Assembly: GCA_965612735.1 (NCBI GenBank)
Contig: CBFDSV010000004.1
Coordinates: 8,826 to 72,825 of the forward strand
DNA: 64,000 bases
Direction of reading: 5' to 3'
Source of the DNA: an uncultured bacterium
GTDB lineage: Bacteria; Hydrothermota; UBA3072; B12-G15
Shown here: positions 11,148 to 19,865 of the stretch, in pieces
Position numbering within the stretch: position 1 is the first letter of the stretch
How the letters are laid out: each line of letters begins with the position of its first letter
Program-made: the position numbers and the translations under genes
Notes under the pieces: model-generated
The model's input: the letters and a program-made list of their open reading frames with translations, nothing else
The model's database searches: none
Told to the model about the DNA's origin: nothing

Positions 11148-12075
11148 ACCTCCATTCCTTATCCGTGTTTATAAAGATACCCATTGCAGGAATTATCCAT
11201 CCCTCTGGCTTTATAAATATGCCCATTTCACCCCTGAGTTCACGTGTGGTGGTTATGTTTCTCCCTGAAACACTGGAATAAGCATAAAAATGAACCTTGC
11301 CCAGGACTTTTTCCACAGTCCCCTTAACCCCGGTTATCCGATCATCGGATATATAGAATATTTGAAGGAACCCCTTTTTAAAGAGAGCCCTGTATTTTTT
11401 TCCAAGAAGGTCAATCCTGAAGTATGTATTCAAATAGAAAAGGTCGAGGGATGCTGTGGCACTGAAACTGTATTCAGGTGTCTTGAACCACCTATCATAC
11501 ACTGGTGGCAGTAGAAAACCATACCTCACCCGCAAAAACCATTCATCATCAAAAAACATTATTCCTGCAATATCCTTACCCATGGTAAATCTCAATCGTG
11601 AGAACTGGAGGACAACCCCACCATAAAGGGAATTCCTGTAGCCACCTGTTATCCCGAAAAGGTTTCTTCCAGAAGGGTAAAACACTGTGAATGAACCTGT
11701 GGGTTTTAAGGCATTATTTAACAGATAACCAGCATTCAGGATAAAGGGAAATTTTGCATATGGATTCACACTCTCAAAAAATCCAGAGGACAAGAGGGAA
11801 TCCCATTTACCTGATATAAAGAAGCCTGACCTGAGTAATAACAGGTGCATATCAAAGCCTGCCTCAATCCCTTCAACATTTGCCCTTGAATACGGAATGA
11901 CAAATTTTGGGAAGTTCAAAAATCCAAATCCACCAGGTTCATGGGTTCCAAGAACAACCCACTCTTTCACCATTATGTTGTAAACCTCAGAGGCTGGAAC
12001 CCTCCACTCTGGTGGCACTGGTCTGGGTATAAAATCATCCTCCTCAATGGAAAGGATTATGAATAAAAATATCAT
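11122..12075 (-). CDS. Hypothetical, probable outer-membrane beta-strand protein
   Basis: Short hydrophobic N-terminus, aromatic/Gly-rich alternating strands; coupled to mtnA stop. Confidence 0.5.
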   Translation of the reverse strand: MIFLFIILSIEEDDFIPRPVPPEWRVPASEVYNIMVKEWVVLGTHEPGGFGFLNFPKFVIPYSRANVEGIEAGFDMHLLLLRSGFFISGKWDSLLSSGFFESVNPYAKFPFILNAGYLLNNALKPTGSFTVFYPSGRNLFGITGGYRNSLYGGVVLQFSRLRFTMGKDIAGIMFFDDEWFLRVRYGFLLPPVYDRWFKTPEYSFSATASLDLFYLNTYFRIDLLGKKYRALFKKGFLQIFYISDDRITGVKGTVEKVLGKVHFYAYSSVSGRNITTTRELRGEMGIFIKPEGWIIPAMGIFINTDKEWRFAIGMGME

Positions 12076-13061
12076 AGTATCTTTCTGATTGAAACAGTGT
12101 ATGGTGGATGGAGTATTCCCTTTTCCGTTATAATTCCTGAAATCAGGTGGGCAGGTGTTACATCAAAGACAGGGTTCTTCACCTTAATATTCACAGGTGC
12201 AATCCTCTTTCCGCCTATATGTGTCACCTCCTCTGATGCCCTTTCCTCAATGGGTATACCATTTCCAGAAGCAATTGCAGGATCAAAGGTGGTGATTGGG
12301 GCTACAACATAAAAGGGAACACCAAAGAAGTTTGAGGCAATAGCAAGGGACAAAGTTCCTATCTTGTTTGCTGTATCACCGTTCCCCACAATCCTGTCAG
12401 CACCAACAAAGACTGCATCAACCCCTTCCCTTTCAAGCACAATTGCCCTTGCATTGTCAGCAATCAGTATGGTCTCAATCCCGTTCTTCATGAGTTCCCA
12501 TGCAGTGAGCCTTGAACCCTGTAAAAATGGCCTTGTCTCAGGAACAAAAACCCTTATCTTTTTCCCCATCTCCTTTGCCATGTAAAAAACTGCAAGGGCA
12601 GTACCAATACCCCCTGTTGCAAGTGCACCTGCATTACATATAGTCATGCATGTTGCATTATCAGGGAGTAGTTGAGCACCGTACTCACCCATTTTCTGGC
12701 ATTTCTCCCTGTCCTCATTGTGGATTGCAATTGCTTCATCAATCAGTGAAGAAATCCCCTTCTGATTGAGTGCCTTCTCCATTCTATCAAGTGCATAAAA
12801 AAGGTTGTATGCAGTAGGCCTTGACCTCTTCAGAAGGGATATTGCCTCCCTTACCTCTTTCTCTCCCTTTTTTGAAGCAAGGGCAACCCCATATCCAGCC
12901 ACCACACCAATTGCAGGCGCACCCCTAATGGCCATATCCTTTATTGCCCTGTATACATCCTCAGGTGTGCGCAACTCAAGATAAACCTCCTCATCAGGCA
13001 GTCTTCTCTGGTCAATAATTTTAACACAATCACCCATCCATTCCACTGTCTGGAATTCCAT
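12072..13061 (-). CDS. mtnA: S-methyl-5-thioribose-1-phosphate isomerase
   Basis: IDQRRLP, IRGAPAIG, SRPTAYNL, CNAGALAT, ETRPFLQG, GADRI, NKIGT, FDVTP; ATG 13061 has a GGAGG SD (13073 is the alternative). Confidence 0.93.
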   Translation of the reverse strand: MEFQTVEWMGDCVKIIDQRRLPDEEVYLELRTPEDVYRAIKDMAIRGAPAIGVVAGYGVALASKKGEKEVREAISLLKRSRPTAYNLFYALDRMEKALNQKGISSLIDEAIAIHNEDREKCQKMGEYGAQLLPDNATCMTICNAGALATGGIGTALAVFYMAKEMGKKIRVFVPETRPFLQGSRLTAWELMKNGIETILIADNARAIVLEREGVDAVFVGADRIVGNGDTANKIGTLSLAIASNFFGVPFYVVAPITTFDPAIASGNGIPIEERASEEVTHIGGKRIAPVNIKVKNPVFDVTPAHLISGIITEKGILHPPYTVSIRKIL

Positions 13062-13082
13062 CCTCTCCTCCATTTTTTATAG

Positions 13083-13111
13083 AATATAACCACTAAAGAT
13101 AAAAATGTCAA
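13083..13111 (-). promoter_or_regulatory. Putative sigma70 promoter for the mtnA-to-birA operon
   Basis: TTGACA-17-TATATT. Confidence 0.65.
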
Positions 13112-13134
13112 AGGAATTCATTTCACATCGGGGG

Positions 13135-13163
13135 TTGACTTTGAGAAATTTTTCTCCTATGAT
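13135..13163 (+). promoter_or_regulatory. Putative sigma70 promoter for the FAD oxidoreductase
   Basis: TTGACT-17-TATGAT followed by AAGGAGG SD. Confidence 0.65.
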
Positions 13164-13182
13164 TGCCAAAAAAGGAGGATAT

Positions 13183-14400
13183 ATGGATAAGGTGATAATC
13201 ATAGGTGGTGGTATAATTGGAGGAAGTATTCTATATCATTTATATAAAAATGGTTATAGAGGAAAGGCTGTTATCATTGAGGAGATGGACGCACTTGCAC
13301 AGCGTTCAACATCCCTTTCTGCTGGAGGATTCAGGAATATATGGTCAACAGAGGTGAACATGAAACTCACTACATATTCTATTAAAAGATTTTCAGAGGC
13401 AGAGAAGGAATTTGGTGTATCAATTGGTTTTGACCAGAGGGGATACCTTTTCACATTCTATGAGGATAATTTTAATATGATAAAGGATTTCAAACCAAAC
13501 TGGGACAGGGCAGGGGTCAGGACAGAACTACTTACACCGGAGGAGATTGAGAAGATGGTTCCTGGTCTTCACACATCGCTTGAGCATCTTGACCCTGAAA
13601 TCGTTGAATTCCTTGAATTAAAACCTATTGCAGGGGGTCTGCTTGGGCTTGACTGTGGACTTGTGAATCCCACACCCCTTGCAGTTGCATACATTGAAAA
13701 AACAAAGGAGATGTATCCAGAACTGGTTGAGATTAAACTGAAAACCCATGTTGACAGAATTATCTTTGAGGGTGGGAGGACAAAGGGTGTAATTACAGGT
13801 GGTGAAACAATAGAAGGAGACATAGTTGTTCTTGCCGCAGGTGCATGGTCTGCAAAGATACTTGAAGATTCAGGTGTTCCAGATGAGCAGAATATTCCTG
13901 TTGTTCCATTGAAAAGAATGCTTTATGTTGTGAACCCACCAGAAATAGAAGGAGTGCTTGATATCCCATTCACAATTATAGACAAGGGTGTCTACTTCAG
14001 GCCGGAGGCAATGAACTGGCTTGTTGGAAAGGCAAAGGAAGAACAGGAACCAGGATTTGATACAGAACCTGAAAAAGATTACTATGAGGAGTTCATAAAC
14101 TACATTATGCAGGCAAGGATTGATGGTGCTGAATACTGCAGGATTCAATCCATGTGGGGTGGACTGTATGCACATAACACAAAGGATAAGAATGGTATTG
14201 TATCCTTCCACCCTGATTTTGAAAACCTTTTCCTTGCAACAGGATTCAGCGGGCATGGTGTCATGGAGGCACCTGGAATAGGTCAATCTGTGAGTGAGTT
14301 CCTCTTGAAGGGAAAATTTGAAACAATCCCTGAGGTCTCACAACTTGATTATAAGAGATTCAGGGAGAACAAACTGGTTAAAGAGACTATCGTGATATAG
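13183..14400 (+). CDS. FAD-dependent oxidoreductase, DAO / sarcosine oxidase beta / dye-linked proline dehydrogenase family
   Basis: IIGGGIIG, STSLSAGG, LAAGAWS, ATGFSGHG; start at ATG 13183 with SD. Confidence 0.85.
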   Translation: MDKVIIIGGGIIGGSILYHLYKNGYRGKAVIIEEMDALAQRSTSLSAGGFRNIWSTEVNMKLTTYSIKRFSEAEKEFGVSIGFDQRGYLFTFYEDNFNMIKDFKPNWDRAGVRTELLTPEEIEKMVPGLHTSLEHLDPEIVEFLELKPIAGGLLGLDCGLVNPTPLAVAYIEKTKEMYPELVEIKLKTHVDRIIFEGGRTKGVITGGETIEGDIVVLAAGAWSAKILEDSGVPDEQNIPVVPLKRMLYVVNPPEIEGVLDIPFTIIDKGVYFRPEAMNWLVGKAKEEQEPGFDTEPEKDYYEEFINYIMQARIDGAEYCRIQSMWGGLYAHNTKDKNGIVSFHPDFENLFLATGFSGHGVMEAPGIGQSVSEFLLKGKFETIPEVSQLDYKRFRENKLVKETIVI

Positions 14401-15655
14401 TCTTTACCCTGTCTTCAGGCAGGATATAGGACTGCCAGTTCGGGTCGTATGGCTCATCCTTTACAGAGGAGTAAACAAGTTCATAGTTCCCATTCTCGTC
14501 CCTGTCAACAAAAACAAATTCCATGGCTGTCCCGGTCTGGTAATACCAGATGGTGTAGGGATGTATCCCCGTTTCAAAACTCCTGTTCACAACCTCATCA
14601 GGTATCCCATACTTAATCAGAATCCTTCCTCTCTCTGTATACCTTCCTTTTATATTAAACCTTGAAAATTGCTCATCCGCATACTTCACCCTCTGTATAA
14701 ACTCATCAAGTGCTTCATTCTCCGGGGTACCTGGTGTTGGGTCAAGTTTCTTCCAGAACCTTTCAACATATATTATCTTTGCTGAATCAGACAGCATATT
14801 AAATCTTTCAAGTTCGTCAGCGGATATAAGGTAATTAAGAAACATGGCATACTCAAGTTTCTTCTCTGGTATAACCCTCACAAACTCCCTCTGTAATTTT
14901 CCAAGCAACAGAAATCCCTTTCTTCTTTTCACAGAATTTTTACTATCCTTTACACTGATTTCAATGCTGTATTCACCAGGAGGAATACCAAGCAGATTCA
15001 GGGCACCTGCAATCACCATGCTTCCACCTGGATTTTTGTACTTCTCTTTTTTTACCGCTTTTACAGGAGAATCCTCAGAAAGAATATTTATTTCAACATC
15101 AACACTATCACCCGTTAAGTTATAGGCCTCTGCATAATAGGCGAGCAGAAAACTGTTCCTTGAAAATTCCGCCTCTGGATAGGGAATTATAAAATAACCG
15201 TTCTTCACAAATGGATGGGCAAAGTCTGCTTCCTTGATTGTATGGCTCAACTGTATATCACTCAAAGCAAGGCCAGACCATCCAGGGGCAATGACCCTTA
15301 TGGATGCAGAGTCAGTATTCCCTGTCAGGCTGTCCCTGAGAACCAACTTTATTCTGTAATCATAACCCTTTATAAGGAAAATGGGTATCACGTCAACTGC
15401 ACTTGATTTTCTGTATCTTGCTGCATCGGGTGATTGAATAAACATCTTTTTGGGAAGCAAAGACCTGCTCACCTGTTTCAACTCATTGTTCTGGATATCT
15501 ATCTCCACTGTGAACTTTGCAGAGTACAGACCTCCCTCTTTTGTAAATTTAAAGAATGAATATGGCTGACTCCAGTAGATTTCACAGTAGGTTGTATCCT
15601 CTGAACCCATGAATCTTGCAGCATCCAGAAATAGTGAAAGAAGTAGTAATATCAT
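14387..15655 (-). CDS. GWxTD domain-containing protein (variant GRYTERG)
   Basis: FWKKLDPTPGTPENE...RVKYAD...GRYTERGRILIKYGIPD...WYY...FVFVD. Confidence 0.85.
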   Translation of the reverse strand: MILLLLSLFLDAARFMGSEDTTYCEIYWSQPYSFFKFTKEGGLYSAKFTVEIDIQNNELKQVSRSLLPKKMFIQSPDAARYRKSSAVDVIPIFLIKGYDYRIKLVLRDSLTGNTDSASIRVIAPGWSGLALSDIQLSHTIKEADFAHPFVKNGYFIIPYPEAEFSRNSFLLAYYAEAYNLTGDSVDVEINILSEDSPVKAVKKEKYKNPGGSMVIAGALNLLGIPPGEYSIEISVKDSKNSVKRRKGFLLLGKLQREFVRVIPEKKLEYAMFLNYLISADELERFNMLSDSAKIIYVERFWKKLDPTPGTPENEALDEFIQRVKYADEQFSRFNIKGRYTERGRILIKYGIPDEVVNRSFETGIHPYTIWYYQTGTAMEFVFVDRDENGNYELVYSSVKDEPYDPNWQSYILPEDRVKTISR

Positions 15656-16776
15656 AAATCCTCCCTTGGAGGGTTGACAAGTGTGTAGTCACCAAGGTTG
15701 TATTCATCAACAAATATTAGTCTGTAACCAAGTGTATAATAGTACCATACTTCATATGCCTTTGAATCAATGTCAAATGGGTGTCTCTCAATGGAATCAG
15801 GTGGTCCAAGTTTTATATACACCCTTCCCCTGTCAGTTCTCCACCCGGGTGAGAATGGGGAACGGAAGTGTTGATTGGCAAAATCAACCCTTCTGTAATA
15901 CTCTTCAAGGAATTCATTCTTTTCCGTCCCGGGTGTTGGGTCCTTCTCATTCCAGAACCTCTCCCAGAGTTTTTTTCTCTCATCAGGGTCTGCCTTTATA
16001 AGGCTGTCAATGAAACTCTTTTTTGCTATGTATGCCATCTCCCTTGCCCTTTCAATAAATCTTCTGGACTCAAAGAAAGGTTTCTGCACCTTGAAATCTA
16101 TAGACTTCTTGCTTTTCTTTCCCGAAGGATAACCTTTTATCATAAGGTCTGCAAGGTATTCACCCTCACTGAATCTGGAGGCAGGTATATCTATGTTATA
16201 GGTGAAAAACCTGCTCTTACCTATAAATTCCTCTTCTTTTATGAATTCAGAACCAGATGGATTTTTTACAGTGAAAAGCAAAACCACTGAATCACCCCGT
16301 GGATTGAATATGTTCAAACTCAGGCTTATTGTATCATCTATTGAGAAAATCTTGCTCACAGACCTGTTCCAGTTTATCTGCCCGAGTGTAAGATTTTTAA
16401 CATCCTTAACTTCAAACTTCTTCTCCTTTGACCAGTGCCTCAATGAATTCAAATCCCAGAGTTCAAAAATCGCCCTGAATTTTCCCTTCTCCTTGAAGGC
16501 AAACTGAATCTCTCCAGTGTCTGTTTTTTCTGCTGAAATCGTGGTCTCATATTTATCAACAGAGAATTTCCTTACCTTTGAAACACCACCCACCTGCCTT
16601 TTACCATTGAACACAACAAGGGAAACCCTGTATTTGGAGATATAAGCACTGTCCACGGAGATAAAGGTAAGTTCATTGTAATTAACAGTGTACACCACCC
16701 TTACAACAGGGTTAAGGCTGTCATCCCTGAGGATTTGAAAGTTAACATCAAGGGTCAGTAAAAGTAAAAGCATCAT
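15652..16776 (-). CDS. GWxTD domain-containing protein (start 16776 or 16773)
   Basis: FWNEKDPTPGTEKNE...RVDFAN...GWRTDRGRVYIKLGPPD...EVWYY. Confidence 0.9.
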   Translation of the reverse strand: MMLLLLLTLDVNFQILRDDSLNPVVRVVYTVNYNELTFISVDSAYISKYRVSLVVFNGKRQVGGVSKVRKFSVDKYETTISAEKTDTGEIQFAFKEKGKFRAIFELWDLNSLRHWSKEKKFEVKDVKNLTLGQINWNRSVSKIFSIDDTISLSLNIFNPRGDSVVLLFTVKNPSGSEFIKEEEFIGKSRFFTYNIDIPASRFSEGEYLADLMIKGYPSGKKSKKSIDFKVQKPFFESRRFIERAREMAYIAKKSFIDSLIKADPDERKKLWERFWNEKDPTPGTEKNEFLEEYYRRVDFANQHFRSPFSPGWRTDRGRVYIKLGPPDSIERHPFDIDSKAYEVWYYYTLGYRLIFVDEYNLGDYTLVNPPREDL

Positions 16777-16779
16777 CCT

Positions 16780-16808
16780 AATTTACATAACACAGCAGTA
16801 TAAGTCAA
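16780..16808 (-). promoter_or_regulatory. Putative promoter for the GWxTD pair (leaderless)
   Basis: TTGACT-17-TAAATT, 6 nt before ATG 16773; no SD. Confidence 0.5.
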
Positions 16809-16838
16809 GTGCACCTTTTATCATCCTCAGGGAACACC

Positions 16839-18098
16839 TCACTTCACTTCTATTTTGGATGCATCTATGTCACCACTGTTGTAAATTTCAACTGGTGTTA
16901 CAGGATCCGTTACATCACATATCCGGAGCTCCCCGACATAGGTGTAGTAAACCTTCCCCTCCTTATACACCAGCCACCTCCCCATTCCTTTATTAAAAGC
17001 CACCTTACCTTTTTCCCCCACTGTGTCTATTTTAACAGGATTCCAGGGCTCACTGATGCTAATTACATCTATCTGATCAGTAAGTACATAAATTAGAGTA
17101 TCAACAATTATCATATCTCCAGCCTCTTCTGGTACAAATCCCCTCTTCACGGGTTTTAATGGGTCACTCACATCTATGCTCCTTAAATTATTTGCTGAAT
17201 CAGGAGCACAGAAAACATAGCTCCCTGTACCAACAGTCCAATACCCATCTGTATCTATGCCACCAACCCTCACAAGTTCGTATTCCTTGGTAGAAAGTGA
17301 ACTTATCCGACTCAGGTCTTTTATCCCTCCCATCTTCAAAAACCTGTAAACCCTGCCTCCTGCATTAAGAAAATATACCCCTGAACTTAAATCCCCTGTG
17401 TAAACTCGAGACCTGTCGCCAGTAAAACTGTATTCCACTTTCATATCCCTCCCGATTATATCATACACCCTTATCCCTCCCCTGTATCCCTTCATAACAA
17501 CATAATCCCCTGTTATATACACATCCAATGAATCACCCTCTTCCACCACCATGGGTGGAAAGGTGTATATCAATAAACTGTCACCTGTCCCAACATAAAC
17601 ATATTCACCATTCACATATACATCCATGGGATTACCTGGTGGCTCAACCGCATCAAGTAACTGGAGATTTGATGGGTCTGATATGTTGTAAACAAATAAA
17701 CTCCCCTGATATACCGTGTCAGGATCCCATATACGAGTATCACTTGACACAACATAAAGCAAATCCCCCTGTAGATATATGTTCCTTACATCACCACCTG
17801 TATATATCTCACTCACAAAAACTGGATTTATACTATCACTGGCATCAAAGATGGTAACCCCACCTGACCATAAACTAATTGTTGATGGATCCCGTGTTAA
17901 GGCAATGTATAAATAATCTTTGTAAAACCATATGTCTTGTACAAACCTTGGGTATGCACCGTTTGTTGCATCAAAAGAGGCTATCTCATATACACTATCA
18001 GGGTCTGTAACATCATAAATGTAAACATCACCATAATGTCCAATATACGCTATTGTCCCATAAAGGGATATAGAGAAAAACAAAAGTACATACCTCAT
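16839..18098 (-). CDS. Secreted LVIVD-repeat beta-propeller protein with an internal CTD-like Ig segment
   Basis: Repeats IYDVTDP, IFDASDS, VYNISDP, IDVSDP, ISISEP, ICDVTDP; start at ATG 18098 with GGAGGT SD. Confidence 0.75.
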   Translation of the reverse strand: MRYVLLFFSISLYGTIAYIGHYGDVYIYDVTDPDSVYEIASFDATNGAYPRFVQDIWFYKDYLYIALTRDPSTISLWSGGVTIFDASDSINPVFVSEIYTGGDVRNIYLQGDLLYVVSSDTRIWDPDTVYQGSLFVYNISDPSNLQLLDAVEPPGNPMDVYVNGEYVYVGTGDSLLIYTFPPMVVEEGDSLDVYITGDYVVMKGYRGGIRVYDIIGRDMKVEYSFTGDRSRVYTGDLSSGVYFLNAGGRVYRFLKMGGIKDLSRISSLSTKEYELVRVGGIDTDGYWTVGTGSYVFCAPDSANNLRSIDVSDPLKPVKRGFVPEEAGDMIIVDTLIYVLTDQIDVISISEPWNPVKIDTVGEKGKVAFNKGMGRWLVYKEGKVYYTYVGELRICDVTDPVTPVEIYNSGDIDASKIEVK

Positions 18099-18297
18099 TA
18101 TTACCTCCAGATTTTTAAAAACACAATCTTTAATTTTCAACCATAACGAATCCTTCCCATGGTTGACTGCTTAATATTATTTTATCCATAATTGCACAAA
18201 TTTCAACAATACTTCCACCAATCTCTGTCTGGAATGCCTCTACTGATAGGTGGGTTAAGATGAAGCAGTTTATAGGAAGCTAAAAAATTCTTCCGTT

Positions 18298-19230
18298 CTA
18301 TATAAGAAATTTTTCTGCTTCCTGGAATGTGAATGGCTGGACTGTATACTCCTTCCCGTCAAAGACAACCTTTGTCTCTCCATATGGCTTGCAGTATCTT
18401 GCAATAATCCTAGCCGCACGAATTATGTCCTCCTCACCACCCCATTTTCTCAAAACCCCAATTGGTCCCTTTTTATCAGGTGCAGATATAAGATTTTTTC
18501 CATAGTTTTTGAGTTGTTCATTCTCAAACTGATTCCTTGCTATAACAAGGTGCATCTCCCCAAATCTGAAGTGCCTGCCTATCCTGAACAGAAGTATCTC
18601 CTCTGGCTCTATCTCATGAATAAAAGGTTTTATCCTTCTTGCAAACTGGACATCTGTAAGGATACATCCACCTGCTGGTGTATCATAGACCTTGATACCA
18701 AAATCTTCAGCGAGTTTCAGTTGTGTCTTCCTGCTCCTTCCCCTTATCCCGAGGAGTTTGTCCCTGTCAACCCACCCCTCCCTTTCAGGCAGTGTGGGAG
18801 GAAGGAGTTTTGCAGAGAGGGGCCTCAGTGTTATATCCCCAAGCCCAGTGAGTTTATCCACCTTTTTCAGTCCCTCAATTGATTGGGAGAATGGCCTTTC
18901 ACCGAGTACCTCCCCTGTTATAAGAAACCTTCCTCCAACCTCCTCCATATATTTCCCTGCCTTTTTTATCATCAGTGCATGGCAGTCTATGCAGGGATTG
19001 ATGTTTTTCCCGTATCCATAAACAGGATTTTTTACAACATTCAGATGTTCATCAGAAAAATCTATCACGTGTATATCAAGGCCATAAAGACTTCCGTATC
19101 TTTCTGCCTTTTCAGAAGAAAAGAAATAACCTTTGAATGTTACAGGAACAACCTCTATTCCCTGATTTTGAATCAATTTTATTGCAAGAAGGCTGTCAAG
19201 CCCCCCTGAAAAAAGAGCAACAGCCTTCAT
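18298..19230 (-). CDS. tRNA sulfurtransferase-like PP-loop ATPase (ThiI/MnmA-like, no THUMP) with C-terminal DUF814-like region
   Basis: LFSGGLDS, NPCIDCH, TGEVLGERPFSQ, TPAGGC, GRHFR. Confidence 0.8.
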   Translation of the reverse strand: MKAVALFSGGLDSLLAIKLIQNQGIEVVPVTFKGYFFSSEKAERYGSLYGLDIHVIDFSDEHLNVVKNPVYGYGKNINPCIDCHALMIKKAGKYMEEVGGRFLITGEVLGERPFSQSIEGLKKVDKLTGLGDITLRPLSAKLLPPTLPEREGWVDRDKLLGIRGRSRKTQLKLAEDFGIKVYDTPAGGCILTDVQFARRIKPFIHEIEPEEILLFRIGRHFRFGEMHLVIARNQFENEQLKNYGKNLISAPDKKGPIGVLRKWGGEEDIIRAARIIARYCKPYGETKVVFDGKEYTVQPFTFQEAEKFLI

Positions 19231-19856
19231 TCTCTCAAAAGGGTCACCACAATCCTTCTGTTCTTTGCCCTGCCCTCTGATGTGGAGTTATCAGCAATAG
19301 GATGATACTCTCCATAGGCAATTGCGGCAATCCTCTTCGGGTCAATCCCAACCTCCTCTATCAAAAATCTCACAACCTTCACAGCCCTTGCAGCAGAAAG
19401 TTCCCAGTTTGTCGGGTATTTCTTCTTTAATGTGCCTGAAATCCTTGAGTTGTCTGTGTGACCCTCAATGAGAATCCTTCTATTTTTAAGCCTCTTAAGT
19501 ATATTCCCAAGTTGCCTCAACAACTCTTTCCCTTCCTTACTTATCTCCACACTTCCCGGAGGAAAGAGTTTCTTTCCTGGAAGGATTATCTTTAACTGTT
19601 CATCTGTTCCAGTTATATCAATCCCTTCAAGTAGTTCCCTGAATTCTTCCTTTATTGGTATGGCTGTTGTGTCCTTCTTCTCTGTTTGTTTCACCATCTC
19701 CTTCAATCTTCCCAGTTCTTCTGCAAGCAGAAGATTCTCCTGTTTAAAGTCAGAGATCTTCTTATCCAGTGGCATGTATTTTTCAAAGTAAAAATAGGCA
19801 AACAGAATAACCCCTATAACGAGAATGATTGACAAAAACACATTTATAACCTTCAT
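19227..19856 (-). CDS. OmpA/MotB-family peptidoglycan-binding protein with N-terminal TM helix and coiled coil
   Basis: IEGHTDN, NWELSAARA, AYGEYHP, GRAKNRRI. Confidence 0.88.
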   Translation of the reverse strand: MKVINVFLSIILVIGVILFAYFYFEKYMPLDKKISDFKQENLLLAEELGRLKEMVKQTEKKDTTAIPIKEEFRELLEGIDITGTDEQLKIILPGKKLFPPGSVEISKEGKELLRQLGNILKRLKNRRILIEGHTDNSRISGTLKKKYPTNWELSAARAVKVVRFLIEEVGIDPKRIAAIAYGEYHPIADNSTSEGRAKNRRIVVTLLRE

Positions 19857-19865
19857 ATCTACCCC

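Noticed and set aside
19227-19856. Flagellar stator motB call
   Set aside because: No conserved TM Asp motif and no motA; kept as generic OmpA/MotB family.
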